From an archaeon (lineage in GTDB: Archaea; Nanobdellota; Nanobdellia; Pacearchaeales; GW2011-AR1), in contig JAUWIJ010000001.1 of assembly GCA_030605415.1 (NCBI GenBank), forward strand, positions 568 to 64,567: DNA of 64,000 nucleotides, written 5' to 3'. The number at the start of each line of letters is the position of its first letter. The stretch's first letter is position 1. Below the pieces are notes generated by a model. That model did no database searches, had not been told where the DNA came from, and saw nothing but the letters and a program-made list of their open reading frames with translations. A program made the translations under genes and the position numbers. Of this stretch, positions 1 through 8,698 are shown one piece after another.

Positions 1-437
1 GAGCGGATGTTACTGATAATTGCTGAGGGTTGGTTGAAGGTCAAGGAAATTAAAAAAGAGCCCCTGCAGAGTTCAAGCCCTCGTCAAAAACGTTGCTCGG
101 CTTAACCCGTTAGTGCTTTTTTGATTGTTGGTACACTCTGCTCAGGCAATAAGCTAAATAATTTATCCTTTTTAAATTTATTTTTTATCTATTCTCCAGT
201 CTTTTGAGGGTTTATTGTTTATATTTACTATTGGAACACAATATTTAGTCTCCTCTCATTAACTTACGTTGATCTTATTAATGGATATGATTATACAGTA
301 ACAGAAACATTCTGGGGAACTGATGATAACGAAAATGCTGTTCAGGCAAGTTATAGTTTTAGCGTGACAGCTTGAGGAAAATGATTGAGGAAAATAAAAA
401 ATTAAAAGAGGCTCCAAAAGGGAGCCATAAAAATTAT

Positions 438-617
438 TTACATACTATAGCATGGCCCTTCCCCATGACAGGGTTGATGGCAAACACAATCACATCTGTC
501 ACAGCTTGCATCATATACATCAGCTTTTAAACCATTTCGTGCTCCTGTAAGAATTTTTGCATCTCCTAACGATTCTAAAACATTACTATCTATACATTCC
601 ATTTTTTCTAAATTCAT
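438..617 (-). CDS. Unannotated 59-aa Cys-rich peptide (MNLEKMECIDSNVLESLGDAKILTGARNGLKADVYDASCDRCDCVCHQPCHGEGPCYSM); candidate RiPP precursor
   Basis: Hand translation of minus strand. ATG at 617-615 is preceded by GGAGGT 5 nt upstream; stop at 440-438. Six Cys lie in the C-terminal 20 aa. Immediately downstream of the radical-SAM/HExxH genes on the same strand. Below the ORF-track size cutoff. Confidence 0.45.
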   Translation of the reverse strand: MNLEKMECIDSNVLESLGDAKILTGARNGLKADVYDASCDRCDCVCHQPCHGEGPCYSM

Positions 618-1275
618 TTTTTATACCTCCTTTTAAGTTGATTAGTTCGTTTATATTTCTTTCAAAATGCTGTACAAATATTTTATTTATTTCAACTTCT
701 TCCATTTGTCCATCAACATTTTTTAAAAACCTAATTATTTTATCCGCTCCAGATTCTCCGAAGTGCTCCATAATTGAACAAATTATTAAATGTCCAACTC
801 CATAATTATATTCTGGGGCACCTCCTTTTAATGAAGAAATATTAAAGTTAATTTTATTACTACAATTTTTATTACGATGATATTGAGCAATGCCCTCGTT
901 AAATAAGGACAAGTCAGCTATCTTAGAATAACCATAAAATAAATGGGATAACTCATGTGCAAAAGTTCCAAGCATACTCTCCTGTTTATGAATAGTAAAT
1001 TTTTCAATAACTGAAGGCGAAAAGATGTTAATTGTTGTGTGATATCCAACCATTGCACACATCCAATTTTGTTTAAATTCTTTCCCTGTAAAAAACAAAA
1101 ATTCTTCAGGAGAATAAATAAAACAAATTCTAATTGTTGGCAAATCTTTATCAAATGAATAAAATTTTTTTATCTCCTGATATTTCTCTTCGAGTTTATC
1201 AAAATCAAAATTTTCTAAATAGTCTTTATCTATTTCTTTATATCTTATTAAAAATCTTCCTTTTCGTATTATCAT
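586..1275 (-). CDS. HExxH-motif protein (putative Zn metallopeptidase-like)
   Basis: 229-aa ORF with HELSH motif in 'GTFAHELSHLFYGYS'. Overlaps the rSAM stop by 4 nt, suggesting an operon. Confidence 0.4.
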   Translation of the reverse strand: MIIRKGRFLIRYKEIDKDYLENFDFDKLEEKYQEIKKFYSFDKDLPTIRICFIYSPEEFLFFTGKEFKQNWMCAMVGYHTTINIFSPSVIEKFTIHKQESMLGTFAHELSHLFYGYSKIADLSLFNEGIAQYHRNKNCSNKINFNISSLKGGAPEYNYGVGHLIICSIMEHFGESGADKIIRFLKNVDGQMEEVEINKIFVQHFERNINELINLKGGIKNEFRKNGMYR

Positions 1276-2552
1276 TCTACTAAAAATCCTCCAGCTTTCA
1301 AAATTTTTCCAAATTCCTCTGCCTTCTCTCTATATTGTTTTGGAAAATTATTCAATTTAAATCCTTTTGGTCGTATACCTTCAACAAACTTTTTCATTGA
1401 TTCGTTTACTAATAATGTACCCCCATTATATAACAAATATTCCTCCTCTTTTTCTTTTCTCGTTCCATACAAATTAACTTTATAATTAATATTTTCGTCA
1501 ACAGAAGGTAATATTTCTGTTACTACCATTTTCTCTAATTTGCCAACCATTCTTGAATCTTTTTTATTTAATTCTTCTCCTTCTTTTAGTCCCTCATATC
1601 TGCATCCACCCAAGCAAGACTTTACTTCTACACATTCTTTACAATCATCTGGAACATATACATTTTTTCTAAAAACATTTAATCTATTCCAGATATTTTT
1701 AAATGGTTCTGTAAAAACATTTCCCTCTGTAAATGGAGAATGTCCACATGCTCTTATGTCACCATTATATGCAATCTGAATTGAACTTCTTCCTGCACTG
1801 CAACTTCTTCTAAAAGTTTTATCTTTTCTTAGGTCTTCAGGTAAAGCACAATATGGAATTACTTCTAAAGCATTTATTTTAATATTAAAATCACTTCTTA
1901 ATTTTACTAAATCTCTTAAAGTAGATACCATTTCATCATTATTCAAATGATAATTTGAGTCTCCTCTGAATGCTGGTCTCAATGCTGGCGTTACTGCAAT
2001 TTTTTTAATACCATAATTTTCTACAAGAAATTTTCCTTGTTCATACACAGAATCTTTATTGATTTTATGAACAACCATATTAATCGTTGGATTAAAACCT
2101 TCTTTAACTAAATTCTCTAAATTCTCCAAAACTTTATTCAACGTATTTATTCCAGTTATTTGTTTAAATTTTTCATTTTGGAAGTATGGTAAAGATACTA
2201 AAAAGCCCATATCTGGATTTACATTTTTCAATTGTGATAATTTGTTTTTATTTAATAAAGATAAATTTGTATTCATACTGCAAGGCGCATTCTTCTTGTA
2301 TAATTGTTTAGCAATTTCTAATGATGCTGGCATATTCATCAAGGGTTCTCCGCCTGTTATCACTGTATCAAAAGGTTTTATTTGACTAAAAAAGATATCC
2401 ATTAATTTTTTTGCTGATTCATTAGACATTTTTTTACTTACAGAATTATTTTCTCTCCAATAATTGTAACAGTAGAAGCATTTATGATTACAATCTTCTG
2501 TAACTTCAATTTGTGCATTTAAAGGATATCTCAATCCAACATTTTCTTCCAT
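1272..2552 (-). CDS. Radical SAM / SPASM-domain peptide-modifying enzyme
   Basis: N-terminal CNHKCFYC (Cx3Cx2C) radical-SAM motif. C-terminal Cys-rich SPASM-like region (CSAGRSS...CGHSPF...CKECVEVKSCLGGCRYEG). Confidence 0.8.
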   Translation of the reverse strand: MEENVGLRYPLNAQIEVTEDCNHKCFYCYNYWRENNSVSKKMSNESAKKLMDIFFSQIKPFDTVITGGEPLMNMPASLEIAKQLYKKNAPCSMNTNLSLLNKNKLSQLKNVNPDMGFLVSLPYFQNEKFKQITGINTLNKVLENLENLVKEGFNPTINMVVHKINKDSVYEQGKFLVENYGIKKIAVTPALRPAFRGDSNYHLNNDEMVSTLRDLVKLRSDFNIKINALEVIPYCALPEDLRKDKTFRRSCSAGRSSIQIAYNGDIRACGHSPFTEGNVFTEPFKNIWNRLNVFRKNVYVPDDCKECVEVKSCLGGCRYEGLKEGEELNKKDSRMVGKLEKMVVTEILPSVDENINYKVNLYGTRKEKEEEYLLYNGGTLLVNESMKKFVEGIRPKGFKLNNFPKQYREKAEEFGKILKAGGFLVE

Positions 2553-2813
2553 TTCGATTTCTCCAGAAACAGTCTGAAGTGCCGACCACCTCTGAATATA
2601 TACCGAGATTAAAGTTTATAAGTTTTATTGCGACTAAGTTTTTGTGTAATTCAATGGAAATGATAAATTAATCCATACAGATAAAAAATTCTCTACACTT
2701 CATGATTGGGAAAAATTTACTCTTAAGTACTGGGGCACCGATGATAATGAGAATTCTGTTTATATAGAGCAGACAGTGTGCGTAGAAAAAGGAACTTTTT
2801 TGTTTGATGTTGG

Positions 2814-3263
2814 TTGTTGAAATGGGAAATAAAAGATTTTATAAACATTATTACTTATGAAATATATATGAAAAAACCAATAATTGATTGTATTGCATTT
2901 CTTCTCATTAAGGGCAACAAAATTCTTTTAGAAAAACGCAAACTAACAAAAAAAGTAGATCCGGGAAAAATTTGTATACCAAGTGGAGGAACAGAAAAAG
3001 GAGAAACTCCAGAGGAGGCTACACTTAGAGAGATAAAAGAAGAATTTGATATTGAAGGAAAGAATCCAAAATTTATTGCAAAAATTATTTATCCTACTGA
3101 AAAAATTAATTTTTTAGTTAGTTATTATGTAATTAAAGAATGGGAAGGTAAAATACAAAATCTTGAAGCCGATAGATTAGAGTGGGTTGAGATAAGTAAA
3201 GACAATGTGGATACATGGATAGATAAAATTGCCATTGATATTTATAAAAATGTTAAATCATAA
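2814..3263 (+). CDS. NUDIX hydrolase (likely true start ATG 2868)
   Basis: Nudix box GGTEKGETPEEATLREIKEEFDI. The in-frame ATG at 2868 gives MKKPIIDCIAF. Confidence 0.75.
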   Translation: MLKWEIKDFINIITYEIYMKKPIIDCIAFLLIKGNKILLEKRKLTKKVDPGKICIPSGGTEKGETPEEATLREIKEEFDIEGKNPKFIAKIIYPTEKINFLVSYYVIKEWEGKIQNLEADRLEWVEISKDNVDTWIDKIAIDIYKNVKS

Positions 3264-3332
3264 TTCTTTCGATAAAAACAATTCACCTTTTCAAGAATAA
3301 TATTAAGCTTTCTTATAAGATAAGCCAATATC

Positions 3333-3959
3333 TTAAAAAAATTCCTCAAAACTCTTTTTTACTTCCTTAAAACTCTTCTCCTTAATATCAAAAATCCTAT
3401 CCTCTCTCTTATTCAAGGTTTCCATCATCTCAATAAATTCCTTTTCTTCAAATATCTCTATCCCCATTTTCTTGCAAACCTTTTTTATTTCCATGATAGA
3501 TTCTTCAACACTTTCTTCATCGGAAATTAATTTTTCTGCTTCAAAATAACAAATATCTCCAGAACGAACTAATGCAAATTCAATGTTTTCCAGCTTGAAT
3601 AAAAAAGTCTTAGTGTCCATTAGAACACCCCTAAACCAACCCAGATGCTTAAAGAATTCCAAAGCCGAACCAAATTTATCTAAATCTATCGGGAACAGAA
3701 ATTCCTTCCTCGCTTCTTCAGCGCCCCAGCGACCATACTTCATAACAATTTCCGCCTCCTTATTAGTCACTCGTAATTTCAAGTCTACCGGATCTTCCCT
3801 AACCGCATTCAAGTCATTAACATCAGAATCTTCTCTAAAATAAATAAAAGAAATTCTGTCTTTCTCTTCCACAAAAATAGCCTCTCGCCTAAATTTCTCT
3901 AAAAGCTCCTCAAAATTTTTTATTCCGCCCCTAACCTCTACTTCTATTTGCTTCGTCAT
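3333..3959 (-). CDS. CYTH-domain (triphosphate tunnel metalloenzyme / CyaB-like) protein
   Basis: N-terminal IEVEVRG (ExExK-like) motif. Size is typical of the CYTH family. Confidence 0.5.
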   Translation of the reverse strand: MTKQIEVEVRGGIKNFEELLEKFRREAIFVEEKDRISFIYFREDSDVNDLNAVREDPVDLKLRVTNKEAEIVMKYGRWGAEEARKEFLFPIDLDKFGSALEFFKHLGWFRGVLMDTKTFLFKLENIEFALVRSGDICYFEAEKLISDEESVEESIMEIKKVCKKMGIEIFEEKEFIEMMETLNKREDRIFDIKEKSFKEVKKSFEEFF

Positions 3960-4015
3960 AAATAACTTAGAAAAGACGGACTTTTATACCTTTTCAAAAC
4001 AATGTTTATGTTTCT

Positions 4016-4513
4016 TCATTTTATCCCAAAAACTTCCTTAGCTTTCCCTAATTGAAACTCTCCGTTGTCATCCCATTTTACAAATTTTAAAAAATCCTTT
4101 GGATCTATGAATTTTCTTAAGGGGATAGCTCCTTCTGCAGGATCCACAGTTTGCTTTTTTATTTTATCAACCTCGGCAACAAATCTAAGAATGTGATGGA
4201 TGCAATTTCTCTTGCAATTATCACCAAGGGGTGTAATTTTAAAACAGCCAACGCGTCTAATGTTTTTAATATCTAAATCAGCCTCCTCGTTAACTTCTCT
4301 AATTAAGGTGTCCTCAAAACTCTTATCGCAATCCTCGGGACCACCTCCGGGCAAACACCAGTATCCTTTATTACAATCAACTATGCAAAGCTTACCATTC
4401 TCGTCAAAAATAAAACCGTATGACTGAATCACATTTTCCAAACTTTCAAAATTGATATTATCGAGCCATTTCATCAAATATTTCTGTCCCTTCCATTCAA
4501 TTTCGGATATCAT
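4016..4513 (-). CDS. NUDIX hydrolase
   Basis: Nudix box GGGPEDCDKSFEDTLIREVNEEADL. Confidence 0.75.
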   Translation of the reverse strand: MISEIEWKGQKYLMKWLDNINFESLENVIQSYGFIFDENGKLCIVDCNKGYWCLPGGGPEDCDKSFEDTLIREVNEEADLDIKNIRRVGCFKITPLGDNCKRNCIHHILRFVAEVDKIKKQTVDPAEGAIPLRKFIDPKDFLKFVKWDDNGEFQLGKAKEVFGIK

Positions 4514-4597
4514 TAAACCATTATTACTTTAAGCACTAAATAAAATTAACTATTAATATCAAGCATAAAATGTTAAATCATAACAGCAATAGCTAAA

Positions 4598-5050
4598 TTA
4601 TTCATCCTTCCTCCTATAATCTTTAATTTCAAGCTTCTGAAAATATTTCTCCCTATTCATTCCCTTTTTCAAAACTTCCCTTAACAATTTCTTATCACCA
4701 CCCCACTTAATCCTCTCAATAAAATCCTCAAGCTCAAGCCACTCATATTTACTATGTTCCTCATTTAAAATAACGTCTGACAAATCAACAAAAGAAATAA
4801 AATTATATTCCTCACAAATATCCTCTTCCCAATTATAAATAGAACTCCAATTCAAAAAAACGGTCTCTCTTACAACTAGACCCGTTTCCTCCATAACTTC
4901 TCTTGTGACAACTGTCTCGTGAGACTCGCTATCTTCAACACCACCAGTTACAACAAACCAGTCGCCCTTTCCGTGCTCCGGATGCGGTTCGCTATACAAA
5001 GCCAACATCTTTTCATCCCTAATAATAAATGTTAAAATCTTTTCTTGCAT
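4598..5050 (-). CDS. NUDIX hydrolase
   Basis: Nudix box GGVEDSESHETVVTREVMEETGL. Confidence 0.75.
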   Translation of the reverse strand: MQEKILTFIIRDEKMLALYSEPHPEHGKGDWFVVTGGVEDSESHETVVTREVMEETGLVVRETVFLNWSSIYNWEEDICEEYNFISFVDLSDVILNEEHSKYEWLELEDFIERIKWGGDKKLLREVLKKGMNREKYFQKLEIKDYRRKDE

Positions 5051-5241
5051 CTCACACTAAAGATTTCTTAATTTTTAAGCTCTTCTAAAATGAGTGTTAC
5101 AGTATATAAAAAGAATTTATCAAAAGAATCAAATCAAAAATATTATTTAATATTAAACTTTTCAGAATTTTTAACACCACTTTTCTGTTATTACTAAAAA
5201 ATGCAAACACTTATAAATGTTAAATATTTTAAAATTCCAAC

Positions 5242-6309
5242 ATGAGTAAAAATATTAATATTGCACTTGTTGGTATAGGAAATGTTGCCAGTGCCCTTAT
5301 TCAAGGAATAGAGTATTACAAATTAAACCCCTCTGAGAAATTAGGGATTCTTCCGGAAATAACTCAATATGATGTTGAAGATTTTAATTTTTCCCTTGGA
5401 ATTGATGTTAATAAAGAAAAAGTGGATAAAGATTTAAGCGAGGCTATTTTCATCAAACCCAATTGCGCGGAATTTCTTCATAAACCCAAATGTTTGGATG
5501 CGAGAGTAATTGGAGGATCCATTTTAGATGGACTTGATAGTGATATAAAAAATTATATTCCAGTTGATGAATCATTCGAGAAGACAGATATCCAGACAGA
5601 ATTAATTAATAATAAAATTGATGTAGTCGTTATTCTTTTACCTACAGGTTCACAAAAGGCTGCGGAATTTTATACTAAAGAAGCAATATCTGCAGGATGC
5701 GCAGTTGTAAATGGGATGCCTGCTTTACTTGCAAACAATAAAGAAATAGTCTCCCTTGCGGAGCAGAAAAATATTCCTTTAATTGGAGATGATGTAAAAT
5801 CTCAAATAGGTGCAACAATTATTCATAGAAGTCTATCTAATCTTTTTCCAATGAGAGGGGCGATTATGGATCGCACTATTCAATTAGACTGGGGTGGAGA
5901 TATGGATTTTTGTAATCTTTTAAGCAATGGTAGATACGAACAAGGAAAAAGGCAATCCAAAACAGGGTCAGTGATAGATCATTTGCCGAATAAAAATTCT
6001 GTGGATGTGCAGATTAGTGCTGTAGACTATATCCCTTTTCTGAAAAATCAAAAAGAAGCATATACAAGAATTGAAGGTAGAATTTTTGGAGGCAAAAATG
6101 TAAGAATTGATGTTACTATGCAGGTTCAAGATGGATATAATTCTGCTGGAATTGTGGCAGATATGATTCGGGTCGCTAAAATTGCAAAAGATAAGAATCT
6201 TGGCGGAGTTATTCATCCAGCATGCTCTTTTTTTAATAAAAAACCCCCTATTCAGACAGAAGACGACACTGCAAAAAAAGAGCTTCTAAATTTATTAAGC
6301 GATAAATAA
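5242..6309 (+). CDS. myo-inositol-1-phosphate synthase (archaeal type)
   Basis: N-terminal Rossmann IALVGIGNVASA. Central 'NGMPALLANNKE...IPLIGDDVKSQIGATIIHRSL' and GGDMDF blocks resemble archaeal MIPS. A TATA-like ttataaat lies ~30 nt upstream. Confidence 0.7.
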   Translation: MSKNINIALVGIGNVASALIQGIEYYKLNPSEKLGILPEITQYDVEDFNFSLGIDVNKEKVDKDLSEAIFIKPNCAEFLHKPKCLDARVIGGSILDGLDSDIKNYIPVDESFEKTDIQTELINNKIDVVVILLPTGSQKAAEFYTKEAISAGCAVVNGMPALLANNKEIVSLAEQKNIPLIGDDVKSQIGATIIHRSLSNLFPMRGAIMDRTIQLDWGGDMDFCNLLSNGRYEQGKRQSKTGSVIDHLPNKNSVDVQISAVDYIPFLKNQKEAYTRIEGRIFGGKNVRIDVTMQVQDGYNSAGIVADMIRVAKIAKDKNLGGVIHPACSFFNKKPPIQTEDDTAKKELLNLLSDK

Positions 6310-6310
6310 A

Positions 6311-7750
6311 ATGATAATTAATTCTACTCTTCATAAAGAGAGAAGGGATGCTAGGATTAAAGCTATGAATCCTCAAATATCTTATTCTGGATTTGATTTA
6401 ATGAGTGATATTTCTCAGATGGCAGAAAGAGCAATTAAAAAATCATATAAGGTTTTAGAAAAAAATTTATTTGAAGAAAAATCTCCTTCTATAGCAATAT
6501 TTTTATATGGCTCTGGAGGAAGAGGGGAAATGACAAATTATTCTGATATAGATATACATTTTATTTCCGCGATAGATGATCCTCAAGCATCAGTTTTTCA
6601 AGAAAAATTACACAAGGAATTAGCTAGTTATCAATTTGGAAAAATTGATGATCCTAATTGGAAAAATATGAAATCTGTCGAGAAATATGCTGCAAGAAGT
6701 ATCACTGAAGCCAATCAAATTTTTGATGCAAAATTGGTAGCAGGAGATAAAGGATTAGCTAAGGAATTAACGAGAATTATAGAAAAATATGATACCCAGG
6801 AAAGAAAAATAAGAAATATGTTATTTCAAAAATTTTATTTAGAGCATTATTATGGTGCGAGGAGTAATGTCGAAGTTCCAAATGTAAAATATTGTTCGGG
6901 TGGATATAGAGATCTTTTAACTTTTGATTGGTTTTCTAATTGGATATCATCTACTAAGGGACTTCCTTCTGATATTATAGGAAAAATGCCTCAGATACAA
7001 TATTCTTTAAAGGATATAGGAGCCAAAGGTATTATTACGAACAAAAAAGAACGTTTAGCTCTAGATTCTGCGGAATTTATGGTTTTATTTAGAAATGAAG
7101 TTCTTCATTCTAATATTGGAACTAAAGATGAAGGAATTACTCATTTGGATATTCCTACTATGGAACGAACCTTTTCTTCATCTCCTGAATATTTTTGTTC
7201 TCTTGGTGTTTTTTCTCCGAATCAACTACTGCCTTTATTTAATGAACATGCCAAGGTTATCAAAAATACTAAGAAAAAAATTTTGGATTATATAATTTCA
7301 GTTGAAGGAAAAAATAGAGGGGGGAAATGGCTAAGGGACTATAAGGATTCTCTCGCAATAAATATCTCAAATCAAAGAAGAAAAGAAATTGCGAAACAAG
7401 ATGATGTTATAACCAAGCTTAGTTCTATTTGGGGAATGAATTATAATGCGGACACAGAATTGTTTAATGAGGTTTGTGGGCAAATGATTGGAACGACTCA
7501 ATGGGAAGCGTTAGCCTCGATGGCATGTAGCCCAAAGAGTTCTCCAGAATTATTGAGCGAGATAGCTAAAACTAGCATGAGTCATGAAGGTTTGGGTTAT
7601 ATTCTTAGGATACTCGGAAGGAATCCCTCTACTTCTAAAGGTACCTTAGAAGATATTGCTGGTAATTCTTCATTGGATAAAAGATATAGAATAGTTGCAA
7701 AATTGAATTTGGAAAAAGGTTTATATATTGCGACGACGAGATCTTCTTAA
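6311..7750 (+). CDS. GlnD/DUF294-like nucleotidyltransferase-domain protein
   Basis: Pol-beta NTase signature LYGSGGRGEMTNYSDIDIHF. Followed by a helical substrate-binding-like region. Confidence 0.5.
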   Translation: MIINSTLHKERRDARIKAMNPQISYSGFDLMSDISQMAERAIKKSYKVLEKNLFEEKSPSIAIFLYGSGGRGEMTNYSDIDIHFISAIDDPQASVFQEKLHKELASYQFGKIDDPNWKNMKSVEKYAARSITEANQIFDAKLVAGDKGLAKELTRIIEKYDTQERKIRNMLFQKFYLEHYYGARSNVEVPNVKYCSGGYRDLLTFDWFSNWISSTKGLPSDIIGKMPQIQYSLKDIGAKGIITNKKERLALDSAEFMVLFRNEVLHSNIGTKDEGITHLDIPTMERTFSSSPEYFCSLGVFSPNQLLPLFNEHAKVIKNTKKKILDYIISVEGKNRGGKWLRDYKDSLAINISNQRRKEIAKQDDVITKLSSIWGMNYNADTELFNEVCGQMIGTTQWEALASMACSPKSSPELLSEIAKTSMSHEGLGYILRILGRNPSTSKGTLEDIAGNSSLDKRYRIVAKLNLEKGLYIATTRSS

Positions 7751-7780
7751 TGGAGTTGAAGATATTATCAAGATTGGGAA
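7676..7780. repeat. ~105-bp direct repeat (copy A) duplicated at 8624-8757, flanking the GNAT+ASCH module
   Basis: ga.aaaagatatagaatagttgcaaaatt.aatttggaaaaaggtttatatattgc.acgacgagatcttcttaat …atattatcaagattgggaa. 3 mismatches in the first 75 bp. Copy B has a 23-bp indel. Confidence 0.85.
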
Positions 7781-7799
7781 GTGAGGAGGTTGAAGTATT

Positions 7800-8243
7800 T
7801 TGGTGATTCGTAAAGTTGAACAAAAAGACAGAAAATTGCTGGAAGAAATGGCTACTAAATATCTTGAGCCATTATATGGCAATCAGGATAAAGCTGTTGA
7901 GAGTTGGATGAATGGAAAAAGAATTGTTTATATAAGTTCGGATGAAAATAATGATGTGAAGGGACTTGTTGCACTTTTAGATAATCTTGATAAGGATTAT
8001 ATAACGATGTCTACATTGTTAATTGATGAAAATTTTCGACATAAGGGGGCTGGTAAAGGATTACTTGAAAAGGCTATTGAATATTCAAGTGGAACTCAAA
8101 ATGATTATTTAATAGTGACTGTTAATGAAAATATTAATAGTACTTTTAACTTGTTAAAAAAATATGGCTTTGAGGTTATAGATAAATTGAAAAATAAGCA
8201 TATTATTGGACAAACTGAGTTTGTACTTAGGAGGGATTTGTGA
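7800..8243 (+). CDS. GNAT family N-acetyltransferase
   Basis: Acetyl-CoA binding motif RHKGAGKGLLEKAIEY. Confidence 0.7.
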   Translation: MVIRKVEQKDRKLLEEMATKYLEPLYGNQDKAVESWMNGKRIVYISSDENNDVKGLVALLDNLDKDYITMSTLLIDENFRHKGAGKGLLEKAIEYSSGTQNDYLIVTVNENINSTFNLLKKYGFEVIDKLKNKHIIGQTEFVLRRDL

Positions 8244-8569
8244 AAATAGTAAGAAAAATGAACTTGCAACAGAAATATTATGATTTTATTGCTAGCGGAA
8301 GCAAGGTTTTTGAGGGGCGACTTGGAATTGGTAAGGATAAGAATTTGAAGATAGGAGATATCATTGTTTTTAATGATTCTTTAAGAGTTAGAATTACGAG
8401 TATTCATATTTTTTCTTCTTATGAAGATGCAATGAGGGTTTTAGATTTTAAAAAGTTGATTCCTGATGCAGAGAGTATTGATGAAGCTGTTGAGGTTTAT
8501 GAAGAGTTTTATTCTGAGAAAAGGCAGATGGAATTTGGAGTATGGGTTTTTGGCTTTGAATTAGCATGA
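8240..8569 (+). CDS. ASCH/PUA-like domain protein
   Basis: 109 aa, with 'YYDFIASGSKVFEGRLG' pattern typical of the ASCH fold. Start overlaps the GNAT stop. Confidence 0.45.
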   Translation: MKIVRKMNLQQKYYDFIASGSKVFEGRLGIGKDKNLKIGDIIVFNDSLRVRITSIHIFSSYEDAMRVLDFKKLIPDAESIDEAVEVYEEFYSEKRQMEFGVWVFGFELA

Positions 8570-8698
8570 CCATATAATAATCATCAAAGAGTGTTTTTAG
8601 TATTTTGAATATATTACTGTCAGACAAAAGATATAGAATAGTTGCAAAATTAAATTTGGAAAAAGGTTTATATATTGCAACGACGAGATCTTCTTAAT

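Noticed and set aside
1-200. Possible structured ncRNA (SRP-RNA-like GC-rich segment 'gagcccctgcagag…ctctgctcagg') at the window start.
   Set aside because: Only weak, imperfect complementarity could be found by eye. The region is truncated by the window edge and has no recognisable conserved SRP/RNase P motifs. It cannot be supported without a covariance-model search.
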